Assembly: GCA_016719565.1 (NCBI GenBank)
Contig: JADJYU010000010.1
Coordinates: forward strand, 78,400-142,399
From: Ignavibacteria bacterium
GTDB taxonomy: Bacteria; Bacteroidota; Ignavibacteria; Tepidaquicellales; Tepidaquicellaceae
Direction: 5' to 3'
DNA length: 64,000 nucleotides
The position numbers were made by a program, and so were the translations under genes. Of this stretch, positions 56,279-64,000 are shown piece by piece. The first letter of the stretch is position 1, and every line of letters starts with the position of its first letter. The notes beneath the pieces were generated by a model, which saw only the letters and a program-made list of their open reading frames with translations, was not told the DNA's origin and made no database searches.

Positions 56279-56711
56279 TACAATTTTAATTGTTTGACTT
56301 CTCCCGTTAAACATTTCGGAATTAATATTCACACTGCATTGCAAAATTTTAATTGAAATTACTAATACAAAAAATTATTTTTCCATTTATTTGAGAACGG
56401 AAACATATGAAAGCAATACCTTGCTCATTCACGGAAAAGACTAATACAATTTTCGGAAAAAATTCGCTGATACATTTTAGATTTTTTAATTGAAATGGGA
56501 GTCAGTTAACGGAGTTTTAAGCCGGGGAATTTAAACAGAGAGTTTAATAGATGACAGAGTTCACGGATTCATCATTTTGAACAGTTCTATCAATAGTTAG
56601 AATAAAAATGCATTAAATTAATATAAACAGTACTAATTTCATAATTTTACTTCTTAACCCGCCTGATGCTATCCTTGAGTTTTTTTATCAGCCTTACAAA
56701 ATTTCAAAATA

Positions 56712-57194
56712 ATGACAAACAACATTATCACACTGACTAAAACAGTAACAGAAGATTTAAACATATTGTTTGAATTTCAGCTTGACGAAGAGGCAAATTA
56801 TTTGGCGGCTTTCACATCTAAAGATCCGGGCGACAAAAGTGCATACATTGAAAAATATTCAAAACATATAAATGACCCGACAATAAATATGCAGACAATA
56901 AAAGTACACGGTGAAGTCGCAGGCAGTATTGCAAAATTTTTTATAGAGAATGACGCAGAAATAACTTACTGGATTGACAGAAAATTCTGGGGACAGGGGA
57001 TTGCGACAACTGCTCTTAAAGAATTATTACAAATTGAAAAAGTCAGACCAATTTATGGACGAGTAGCATTTGACAATATTGGTTCACAGAAAGTTTTAGA
57101 AAAATGCGGGTTTGTAAAAATCGATACTGACAAAGGGTTTGCAAATGCACGGCAGGAGGAGATTGAAGAATATATTTATATACTTTCAGCGTAA
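56712..57194 (+). CDS. GNAT-family N-acetyltransferase
   Basis: 160 aa. WIDRKFWGQGIATTALKELL, then NIGSQKVLEKCGF. Confidence 0.75.
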   Translation: MTNNIITLTKTVTEDLNILFEFQLDEEANYLAAFTSKDPGDKSAYIEKYSKHINDPTINMQTIKVHGEVAGSIAKFFIENDAEITYWIDRKFWGQGIATTALKELLQIEKVRPIYGRVAFDNIGSQKVLEKCGFVKIDTDKGFANARQEEIEEYIYILSA

Positions 57195-57311
57195 ATCCTG
57201 AACATCACAGATGAAATTAATTACACAGGTTACACGAATGAAAAAGTTATACATAATTGATAGATTTTAAAAAAAAACAAAATAAATTTTAAAAACTAAA
57301 TATTATCAGAT

Positions 57312-57719
57312 ATGGCATATAAAATTGGTACAAAAGAAAAACCAATGGTTTTGAAAACACCTCCTTTGACCAGCGAATATACAATGCATGTCGATCAAAA
57401 AGGAGGAAAGGATGTTTTAGTATGTACAGTCGGCAAAACAGTTTTGCATTACAATATTGACTGTCTTGATGACTTATATGAAATGTTAAAAAAACATGGT
57501 GACTGGATGGAGCTTGGCAGCGCTGACGAGCAAAAGCCTGCAAAAGAAGGAACAGTAGAAGCCTGGGGACGTTCTGAGAAAAATGCTGCAGGCGGCTGGT
57601 ACGGACTTAAAAAAGGACTTCGGGGACGCTTTGGTATGTATATTCCGCCGTTAATGGAAGCGCTTGGTCTTGCAGAAGTAACACACGAGGCAAGAGGTAA
57701 TAAAATGAAAGCGAAATAG
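57312..57719 (+). CDS. Hypothetical protein
   Basis: 135-aa ORF, longer and more protein-like in composition than the two antisense ORFs overlapping it. No motif that I can name. Confidence 0.5.
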   Translation: MAYKIGTKEKPMVLKTPPLTSEYTMHVDQKGGKDVLVCTVGKTVLHYNIDCLDDLYEMLKKHGDWMELGSADEQKPAKEGTVEAWGRSEKNAAGGWYGLKKGLRGRFGMYIPPLMEALGLAEVTHEARGNKMKAK

Positions 57720-57816
57720 CTCAGGAAAGCTTTTAGCAAAAATCGTGATGGCTACTTCAATATTTAGTGAGCGGGATATATCTAAATTTCAGATCAGGAA
57801 ATAAATCAAAAACTTA

Positions 57817-58248
57817 ATGGCTAAGAGACAATCATACTTCTGGTTAGGACTTTTTGCATTTGGTACAATTGCTTTTACGCTGGTACAGGACAATATCCGG
57901 CCAAATTATCAGGGACAAAACGATATAGTAAAATATCTCCTGGGTATAGCGCCAAACTATTTTGCAGGACTGGGATTATCTTCTTTTTTTGTAGTTATGA
58001 TCATTCATATAAATTCCACGTCTAAAAAACCTTCCGCATCAGTTTGGTTAAACAGTAAAGCACAAATATCAAGTGTTATCATTTCAGTTACCGGTCTGAC
58101 ACTGTGGGAATTTATTCAAATTTTTTCTGATAAGGGACGCTTTGACTTGAACGATTTAGTCTGGACTATTTTAGGCGCATTAACCTTTTACCTAATTTGG
58201 ATTATAATAAACAGAGAGACAAAATTGAGAAATGATAAAGGAATATAG
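57817..58248 (+). CDS. Hypothetical membrane protein (about 4 TM)
   Basis: 143 aa with four hydrophobic segments. Family not recognised with confidence. Confidence 0.5.
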   Translation: MAKRQSYFWLGLFAFGTIAFTLVQDNIRPNYQGQNDIVKYLLGIAPNYFAGLGLSSFFVVMIIHINSTSKKPSASVWLNSKAQISSVIISVTGLTLWEFIQIFSDKGRFDLNDLVWTILGALTFYLIWIIINRETKLRNDKGI

Positions 58249-58396
58249 GGTTTGTGCAGATATTTTTTAACAAAGTCTTGATTCATGATTAACAAGATTA
58301 TTTATGCACTGAAAACAGAATGAAAAAAATTATTCACTTAATTACCTGACGACAGAACAAAATCGATTCAGAAAAACTTACTATACAAAATAAAAA

Positions 58397-59365
58397 ATGA
58401 AACAGACGATCTTAGGAGCAGGAGGCGCAATCGGAATTGAACTTGCTAAAGCATTACCAAAATACACCACAGATATAAGACTTGTAGGACGTAATCCTAA
58501 AAAAGTTAATACTACTGACACCATATTTCAGGCAGATCTTTCAATCCGTGAACAAGTTTTCAATGCAGTAGAAGGAAGCCGTATAGTATACTTAATTATT
58601 GGGTTTGACTACAATACGAAAACATGGCAGAAAATGTGGCCATCGTTAATAAAGAATGTTATCGACGCGTGTTTACAAAATAATGTGAAACTTGTATTCT
58701 TTGATAATGTGTATGCAATTGGCGGCGACAACGTTAATCATATTACAGAAAACTCTCCAATAAGTCCATCTAGTAAAAAGGGAGCAGTAAGGGCAGAAGT
58801 TGACAGACTAATTCTAGACAGTATTGAGAATGGAAAATTGAAGGGAATCATTGCACGTTCAGCAGATTTCTTTAGTGATATAAAAGACAACAGTCTTTTA
58901 ATGAATACTGTATATGACAATCTCGTCAAAGGTAAAAAAGCACAGTGGTTTTGTAATGCAAAAGTTATCCATAGTATGAGCTATGCACCGGACATAGCCA
59001 AAGGAACAGCATTATTGGGTAACACAGAAAATGCCTATAACCAGATCTGGAATTTACCGACTGATCCGCAAAAAACTAAAGGTGAAGAGTGGATTAACCT
59101 TTTCGCAACTGAGATGAAAACAAACAATGAATATAAAGTTATACCTGGCTGGGCATTGAAAGTACTCGGATTTTTTGTCCCAATATTAAAAGAAATGTAT
59201 GAAATGAGATACCAGTATGACAGAGATTATTTTTTTGACAGTTCAAAATTTAACAAGGAATTTAACTACACTCCCACTACCAATGAAATTGCAGTAAAAC
59301 AAACAGTTGAAAAATTGACAAAAAAAATGCAGGTGAATAAAAGCACAAGTAATATAAGGCAATAA
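58397..59365 (+). CDS. NAD(P)-binding SDR/epimerase-like protein
   Basis: N-terminal Rossmann motif ILGAGGAIGIELAKAL and atypical-SDR length (322 aa). Confidence 0.7.
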   Translation: MKQTILGAGGAIGIELAKALPKYTTDIRLVGRNPKKVNTTDTIFQADLSIREQVFNAVEGSRIVYLIIGFDYNTKTWQKMWPSLIKNVIDACLQNNVKLVFFDNVYAIGGDNVNHITENSPISPSSKKGAVRAEVDRLILDSIENGKLKGIIARSADFFSDIKDNSLLMNTVYDNLVKGKKAQWFCNAKVIHSMSYAPDIAKGTALLGNTENAYNQIWNLPTDPQKTKGEEWINLFATEMKTNNEYKVIPGWALKVLGFFVPILKEMYEMRYQYDRDYFFDSSKFNKEFNYTPTTNEIAVKQTVEKLTKKMQVNKSTSNIRQ

Positions 59366-59509
59366 CAATATGCACTATTTTAAGACGCAATTCACATTAA
59401 GTTTTACTGCTATTAAATATTCAGTCATCTGAATAAACTTTAGTTGTTGAAATTATACATCTATAATATTACAGACAAATTCAGATGCATTTTAAAACTT
59501 CACTTAACA

Positions 59510-60160
59510 ATGAAAATCAAATCCGGCGAATTAGAAGATAAAGGATATGTTTTGCTTGACAAACTGGAGCATAAGGAATTAATTCCTTTCATAAAAAAAT
59601 ACATTAAGAAGCGAACAAAGTTTTCCTTTTTTTATTACTTTAGCAATTTTTTAGTTTTCGGATTTACCGGATATCTATTGATGAAAGGATTTGGTAATCC
59701 TGAATTTGATATTGCTGCACGTTTTACACATTTTTGCTACGGCCTTGCGATTGCTTTCGTATTGATACCTCTTCACGAATACATTCACGTTATAGCATAT
59801 AAATCACAGGGAGCGAAAAATACTTCATATAAGGCAAATTTTAAAAAATTATATTTTATGGCACTTGCAGACAAATGTGTAGCAGACAAGAAAGAGTTTT
59901 TAATTGTTGCTCTTGCTCCTTTTATTGTAATAAATTCAGTATTGATAGTCTTAATATTTGCAGTGAACTCCGACTGGAAACTAACAATCTGCGGTATTAT
60001 GCTTACGCATACAGCAATGTGTACCGGAGACTTCGGTTTAATGAGTTATTTTGAAGTCAATAAAGACAGACAAGTTGTTACTTATGATGATGTTGAAAAT
60101 AAAATTTCATACTTCTGGGGAAAGACTGAAAAGAATAACTTAAACTCTGACAAGTGTTGA
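59510..60160 (+). CDS. Membrane protein with HExxH motif (DUF3267-like putative zincin)
   Basis: ATG at 59510 is preferred over TTG at 59444. LIPLHEYIHVIAYK (HExxH) sits between TM segments. Confidence 0.55.
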   Translation: MKIKSGELEDKGYVLLDKLEHKELIPFIKKYIKKRTKFSFFYYFSNFLVFGFTGYLLMKGFGNPEFDIAARFTHFCYGLAIAFVLIPLHEYIHVIAYKSQGAKNTSYKANFKKLYFMALADKCVADKKEFLIVALAPFIVINSVLIVLIFAVNSDWKLTICGIMLTHTAMCTGDFGLMSYFEVNKDRQVVTYDDVENKISYFWGKTEKNNLNSDKC

Positions 60161-60399
60161 GGGTTTTTACCTGAGAAAGATTCTGTATAAAAACCTTCAG
60201 GCAAAAAATATTATGCATTGTAAGGCGTAAGTAACAGGGATTTTAACCAATAGTGTCTGGGCTGATCTTTATCCGCTGATATACTTTAAAATTAAATCTT
60301 TAAAGACTAAAGATTAACGAAAAGAATTCAGAATGAAAAATTCTAACAGCTTTGAAATAAGAAACCTGAATCAAAAATTCGAATCAAAATATTTTACAG

Positions 60400-60972
60400 A
60401 TGAAAAATAAAATTAAAATATTATCACAGGAACAAATCAAAGAACTGCTTGATATTCTAAAAGCAAGATTTGAAAAAAACATGAAACGTCACAAAGATCT
60501 TGAATGGACAAAAGTGAAAGCAAGACTTGAAGATGCGCGTTCATCGGAGAAACTTTGGTCACTGAATGAGATGGAAATAACAGGCGGTGAACCTGATGTT
60601 GCAGAGCTGGATAAAAAGACAGGCGAATATATTTTTTATGACTGTTCAGCGGAAAGTCCGAAAGACCGCAGAAGCGTGTGTTATGATCGCGAAGCGCTAG
60701 AATCCAGAAAAGAGCATAAGCCGAAGAACAGCGCAGTTGGAATGGCGGAGGATATGGGAATTGAGATCTTGTCGGAAATACAATACCGTAAACTGCAGGA
60801 AACCGGAGAGTTTGATTTGAAAACATCCAGCTGGGTGCTAACGCCTTCTGATATCAGAAAGCTCGGCGGTGCCGTATTCTGTGACCGTCGTTATAATAAT
60901 GTCTTTACTTATCACAACGGTGCGGAATCTTACTATGCTTCAAGGGCATTCAGAGGATTGCTGCGAGTGTAA
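60400..60972 (+). CDS. DUF4256-like protein
   Basis: 190 aa. KLWSLNEMEITGGEPDV...YIFYDCSAESP..RRS.CYD...SWVLTP..IR.LGGA.F.DRRY..VF.YHNGA.SYYA matches my memory of this family. Confidence 0.55.
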   Translation: MKNKIKILSQEQIKELLDILKARFEKNMKRHKDLEWTKVKARLEDARSSEKLWSLNEMEITGGEPDVAELDKKTGEYIFYDCSAESPKDRRSVCYDREALESRKEHKPKNSAVGMAEDMGIEILSEIQYRKLQETGEFDLKTSSWVLTPSDIRKLGGAVFCDRRYNNVFTYHNGAESYYASRAFRGLLRV

Positions 60973-61067
60973 TGAGATTGAAAACAGATAATTTTTCGCA
61001 AAGAAAATAATAATGCATTTCCGATTATGACTGCCAATAAAATTAAATAATTAAAGTTCATTGAAAA

Positions 61068-61571
61068 TTGAAACTCCCTCCTTATCCTATTTTTCCGGAA
61101 ATTAAAAGTGATATAATTTCACTTCGTCAGATTATGAAATCAGACTTAGAAGGGTTAATTGAAATATCGTATTACAATTCTGTTCAGGCTAAGACATCAG
61201 AGCAGGCGGCAGAGATGCTAGATCAAATTACTTCAGACTATTTTAATGGTGAGACGGTTCATTGGGGAATTGCTGAGAATTCTGAAAATAAAATAATCGG
61301 GACATGCGGATACTACCGGGGCTTTGATAAAGGAGAAGGAGAGCTTGGCTGTATATTATTACCTCAATACCGTGGTCAGGGTTTTATGAACTCTGCAATG
61401 AAACTGGCTATAGAGTTTGGCAAAAATCATATAGGATTAAAAAAAGTTTGGGCGATTACAACTCACCAAAATGAAAAAGCAATCAAACTGCTGGATAGAC
61501 TTAACTTTGTCAAAGTTGCTGAACTAAGTGAAGACAGAATTGAGTACGAATTAATTTTGGTAGAAAAATAA
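61068..61571 (+). CDS. GNAT-family N-acetyltransferase (RimJ/RimL-like)
   Basis: 167 aa with a TTG start. ILLPQYRGQGFMNSAMKLAIEF...NEKAIKLLDRLNF. Confidence 0.7.
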   Translation: MKLPPYPIFPEIKSDIISLRQIMKSDLEGLIEISYYNSVQAKTSEQAAEMLDQITSDYFNGETVHWGIAENSENKIIGTCGYYRGFDKGEGELGCILLPQYRGQGFMNSAMKLAIEFGKNHIGLKKVWAITTHQNEKAIKLLDRLNFVKVAELSEDRIEYELILVEK

Positions 61572-61579
61572 TAACGGCA

Positions 61580-62581
61580 ATGAAATTACTTTTTATACTT
61601 CTTACATCTTTTATCGCTTTTAATGTTATGAACGGACAGCCGGCGCCTGAAATGCGTTATGAGGATAAGATCCGGATAAGAGAAGCAATTAGTATTGCGA
61701 ATGAATTTGGGGACAAGATCTGGAAAGGAATAAATGATGTACCGTTCGTTTTAATTCTCATAACCGACAGTGTTGAATTTCTGATCAACCATCCTTATCC
61801 TTCTGATGATTTTATGCTTTCAGGAAAAGACAGCATTTTAAAAACCAGCATTTATTACAGGCCGAAACAATTCGACAAACAATTTCTCGCTACTTTTCCT
61901 GCGGTAAACGGAGTAAACTGTATTGTAGTCGGAACACCTGAAAACACAGGTAAAAGCTCTACAGACTGGACAATCACATTACTGCATGAGCATTTTCATC
62001 AATATCAATATTCTTATCCTGATTATTACGAAAGCGTTACTAATCTTGGACTGTCAGGCGGAGACCAGACGGGAATGTGGCAGTTAAACTATCCCTTTCC
62101 ATATGACAACAATGACATTGCCGTTCAATACAAAAAATACAGTTCTGCTTTATCAAAAACAATTGGTGTCATCGACACCAAAGAATTTGAAAAAGAGTTC
62201 AATAAATATATTAAAGAAAGAAACAAACTTAAACAGTTACTTAAGCCGGATGACTATAGCTATTTCTCATTTCAAATCTGGCAGGAAGGAATTGCGCGAT
62301 ATACTGAGTATAAATTTTTAGAACAATTAAGTAATTTCAAACCTTCATCAGAAATGCTGCAATTATCAGACTTTATCTCATTCGATAAATACAAAGATGA
62401 TTTTTATAAATCGAAAGTAAGTCTTTTAGAAATGCAGCTGATCGAAGAAGATAAAAGACTTTGCTTTTATGAGACCGGTTTTGCCGAAGGACTTTTACTG
62501 GACAAGCTTAATCCTGAATGGCGTGATATTTATCTGACAGACAAATTTTACATTGAAAATTACAGCAGTAAATTCAAATAG
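61580..62581 (+). CDS. Secreted hypothetical protein with HExxH motif (putative metallopeptidase)
   Basis: Signal peptide (..AFNVMNGQ). TITLLHEHFHQYQ contains HEHFH. Confidence 0.45.
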   Translation: MKLLFILLTSFIAFNVMNGQPAPEMRYEDKIRIREAISIANEFGDKIWKGINDVPFVLILITDSVEFLINHPYPSDDFMLSGKDSILKTSIYYRPKQFDKQFLATFPAVNGVNCIVVGTPENTGKSSTDWTITLLHEHFHQYQYSYPDYYESVTNLGLSGGDQTGMWQLNYPFPYDNNDIAVQYKKYSSALSKTIGVIDTKEFEKEFNKYIKERNKLKQLLKPDDYSYFSFQIWQEGIARYTEYKFLEQLSNFKPSSEMLQLSDFISFDKYKDDFYKSKVSLLEMQLIEEDKRLCFYETGFAEGLLLDKLNPEWRDIYLTDKFYIENYSSKFK

Positions 62582-62631
62582 CCGTTAACATTACATTTTA
62601 AAAACTTTCATTAATTCATCAAATTATTAAT

Positions 62632-63081
62632 ATGACAGACAACAGCGTAAAATTACACAGAATACTGACAGCTTCTCCGGAAAAAGTTTTCCGTGCATTT
62701 ACTGATGCAGATGCAATGGCATCATGGATCCCGCCGTATGGTTTTGTTTGTGTAGTCCATAATATGGATGTAAAACAGGGAGGGAAATACCGGATGACTT
62801 TCATTAATTTCTCTACGGGGAAGAGTCACTCGTTTGGCGGTAAATACCTGGAATTGAAACAGAACGAATTCATTAAATACACAGACAAGTTTGAAGATCC
62901 GAATATGCCGGATGAGATGATCACTTCAGTCTGGTTCAAAAAGGTTTCCTGCGGAACGGAGATCAAAATTATTCAGGAAGGCATTCCATCAGTAATACCA
63001 ATTGAAATGTGTTATCTGGGATGGCAGGAGTCTTTAGAGAAACTGAAAAAATTAGTTGAACCTGTTATAACGGATGCATAA
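62632..63081 (+). CDS. SRPBCC / AHSA1-domain protein
   Basis: 149 aa. LHRILTASPEKVFRAFTDADAMASW..P is typical of the Activator-of-Hsp90-ATPase-like SRPBCC family. Confidence 0.7.
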   Translation: MTDNSVKLHRILTASPEKVFRAFTDADAMASWIPPYGFVCVVHNMDVKQGGKYRMTFINFSTGKSHSFGGKYLELKQNEFIKYTDKFEDPNMPDEMITSVWFKKVSCGTEIKIIQEGIPSVIPIEMCYLGWQESLEKLKKLVEPVITDA

Positions 63082-63156
63082 TTTATCCTTCCAGTAAGCA
63101 TTGTGAAGCAGATACAAAGTCATAAATATTATATTAGCAATTTATTATAAAATTAG

Positions 63157-63450
63157 ATGAAAGCAGAAATAATACAAACATTACATCCGCTGCCCGGTAA
63201 GATCAATAAAAAAATCTCTTTGGAAAAATACACTTTCATAAGAGATAAAATATTAGCGATTTTAAAAAAAGCGGAACTTACTCATACAGAATTAATGGAA
63301 GAATTATATGCAAGAGTAAAGGATGATTTTGAAGGAGGAGTGCAATGGTATGGTGAAACTGTTAAGCTTGATCTCGAAGCAAGAAAATTAATTGAACGGA
63401 CAAAAACTAAACCTGAAAAATATAAACTGAAAGCGTCTGAAATTCGCTGA
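63157..63450 (+). CDS. Hypothetical small protein
   Basis: 97-aa ORF with an ATG start and no competing ORF. Confidence 0.5.
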   Translation: MKAEIIQTLHPLPGKINKKISLEKYTFIRDKILAILKKAELTHTELMEELYARVKDDFEGGVQWYGETVKLDLEARKLIERTKTKPEKYKLKASEIR

Positions 63451-63607
63451 GTTGATTGTCTGAACCTTGATTAAAGGTTGATCTTGATTTCCTGATTCAT
63501 ATGTTTTGAATCTAGATTAAAGGATTATCCTGATATCATGTACAAATAAAATATGTAAGACATTAAAAAAATGAGAAAAAATAATCTGACAAATAATTTA
63601 TTTATTT

Positions 63608-64000
63608 AAATGTCTGATACAAAGAAATATTCTGCGATGCTGAGGGGAATAAATGTAGGTGGTCATCATAAAATTCCTATGGCTGACCTTCGCATAGAAT
63701 TTACTAAGCTCGGTTTTACAAATGTTTCGACTTTACTGAATTCGGGTAATGTTTTATTTGACACAACTTCCGGCAGCGCAGAAAAAATTGAGATTAAAAT
63801 TGAAAAGCGCTTACAGGATGTATTTGGATTTTCCGTACCGGTCATATTGAGAGATGCATTTGAAATTCAAGATATAATTGATCTTGATCCGTTTAAGAAA
63901 ATTAAATTAACCCATGACTTAAGATTCTACGTTTCATTTTTGAAAGAAGAATTTAAAATTAATTTTAAGCTGCCGCATATTTCAAAAGACAGATCATTCA
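63608..64000 (+). CDS. DUF1697-family protein (3' end outside window)
   Basis: ATG at 63608. MSDTKKYSAMLRGINVGGHHKIPMADLRIEFTKLGFTNVSTLLNSGNVLF is the characteristic DUF1697 N-terminus. The frame is open to the window end. Confidence 0.8.

Noticed and set aside
57289-57739. Minus-strand ORFs 57289-57543 and 57449-57739 opposite the 57312-57719 ORF.
   Set aside because: They are shorter and fragmented into two frames, with skewed Ser/Phe/Pro-rich composition. The plus-strand ORF is continuous and compositionally normal. This is still a low-confidence choice.

Overview
Low-GC (roughly mid-30s %) chromosomal window, mostly coded on the + strand. It probably comes from an FCB-group bacterium (Ignavibacteriota/Bacteroidota-like). 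That placement is an inference from seven proteins plus one remnant carrying Por/T9SS C-terminal sorting domains (NYPNPFNPST...YFYKL), together with Shine-Dalgarno-like sites.

Content by region:
- 1-3.2 kb: a decayed accessory patch. It holds a ~740-bp tract with strict 21-bp periodicity, a REP-hairpin/RAYT (REP-associated tyrosine transposase) locus with a frameshifted transposase and duplicated ends, a T9SS-CTD gene remnant and an RHS-core remnant.
- 3.2-14.9 kb: a surface/secreted-protein block. It holds a 1057-aa SBBP beta-propeller repeat protein with a dockerin-like tail, two T9SS cargo proteins and a 1620-aa C25 (gingipain/PorU-like) peptidase.
- 15-29 kb: housekeeping and miscellaneous genes (tsaD, ettA, SLT transglycosylase, class-V aminotransferase, HNH endonuclease, aldehyde dehydrogenase, orphan nuoM, DUF445).
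- 30-33 kb: two tandem LVIVD/choice-of-anchor-B-like T9SS paralogs, with a third copy at 8.5 kb.
- 34-38 kb: pstSCAB.
- 38-43 kb: L,D-transpeptidase, then a TonB / PstS-like / TPR operon.
- 43-49 kb: M20 peptidase, tmRNA, GT9, and yidC-yidD-rnpA-rpmH.
- 49-64 kb: symporter, bcp, a BNR-repeat T9SS protein and a run of small acetyltransferase/detox/DUF genes.

The most unusual items are the 21-bp periodic tract, the REP/RAYT locus, and a high density of gene lesions. The lesions are single-base frameshifts in RAYT, DUF445, GT9 and probably pstC and HNH; an in-frame TAA in the TPR gene; a ~27-aa internal deletion in tsaD; and genes with conserved N-termini but no canonical start. They may be assembly indel errors or real gene decay, and I cannot tell which from one sequence. 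All family assignments come from motif recognition by eye. No database search was run.
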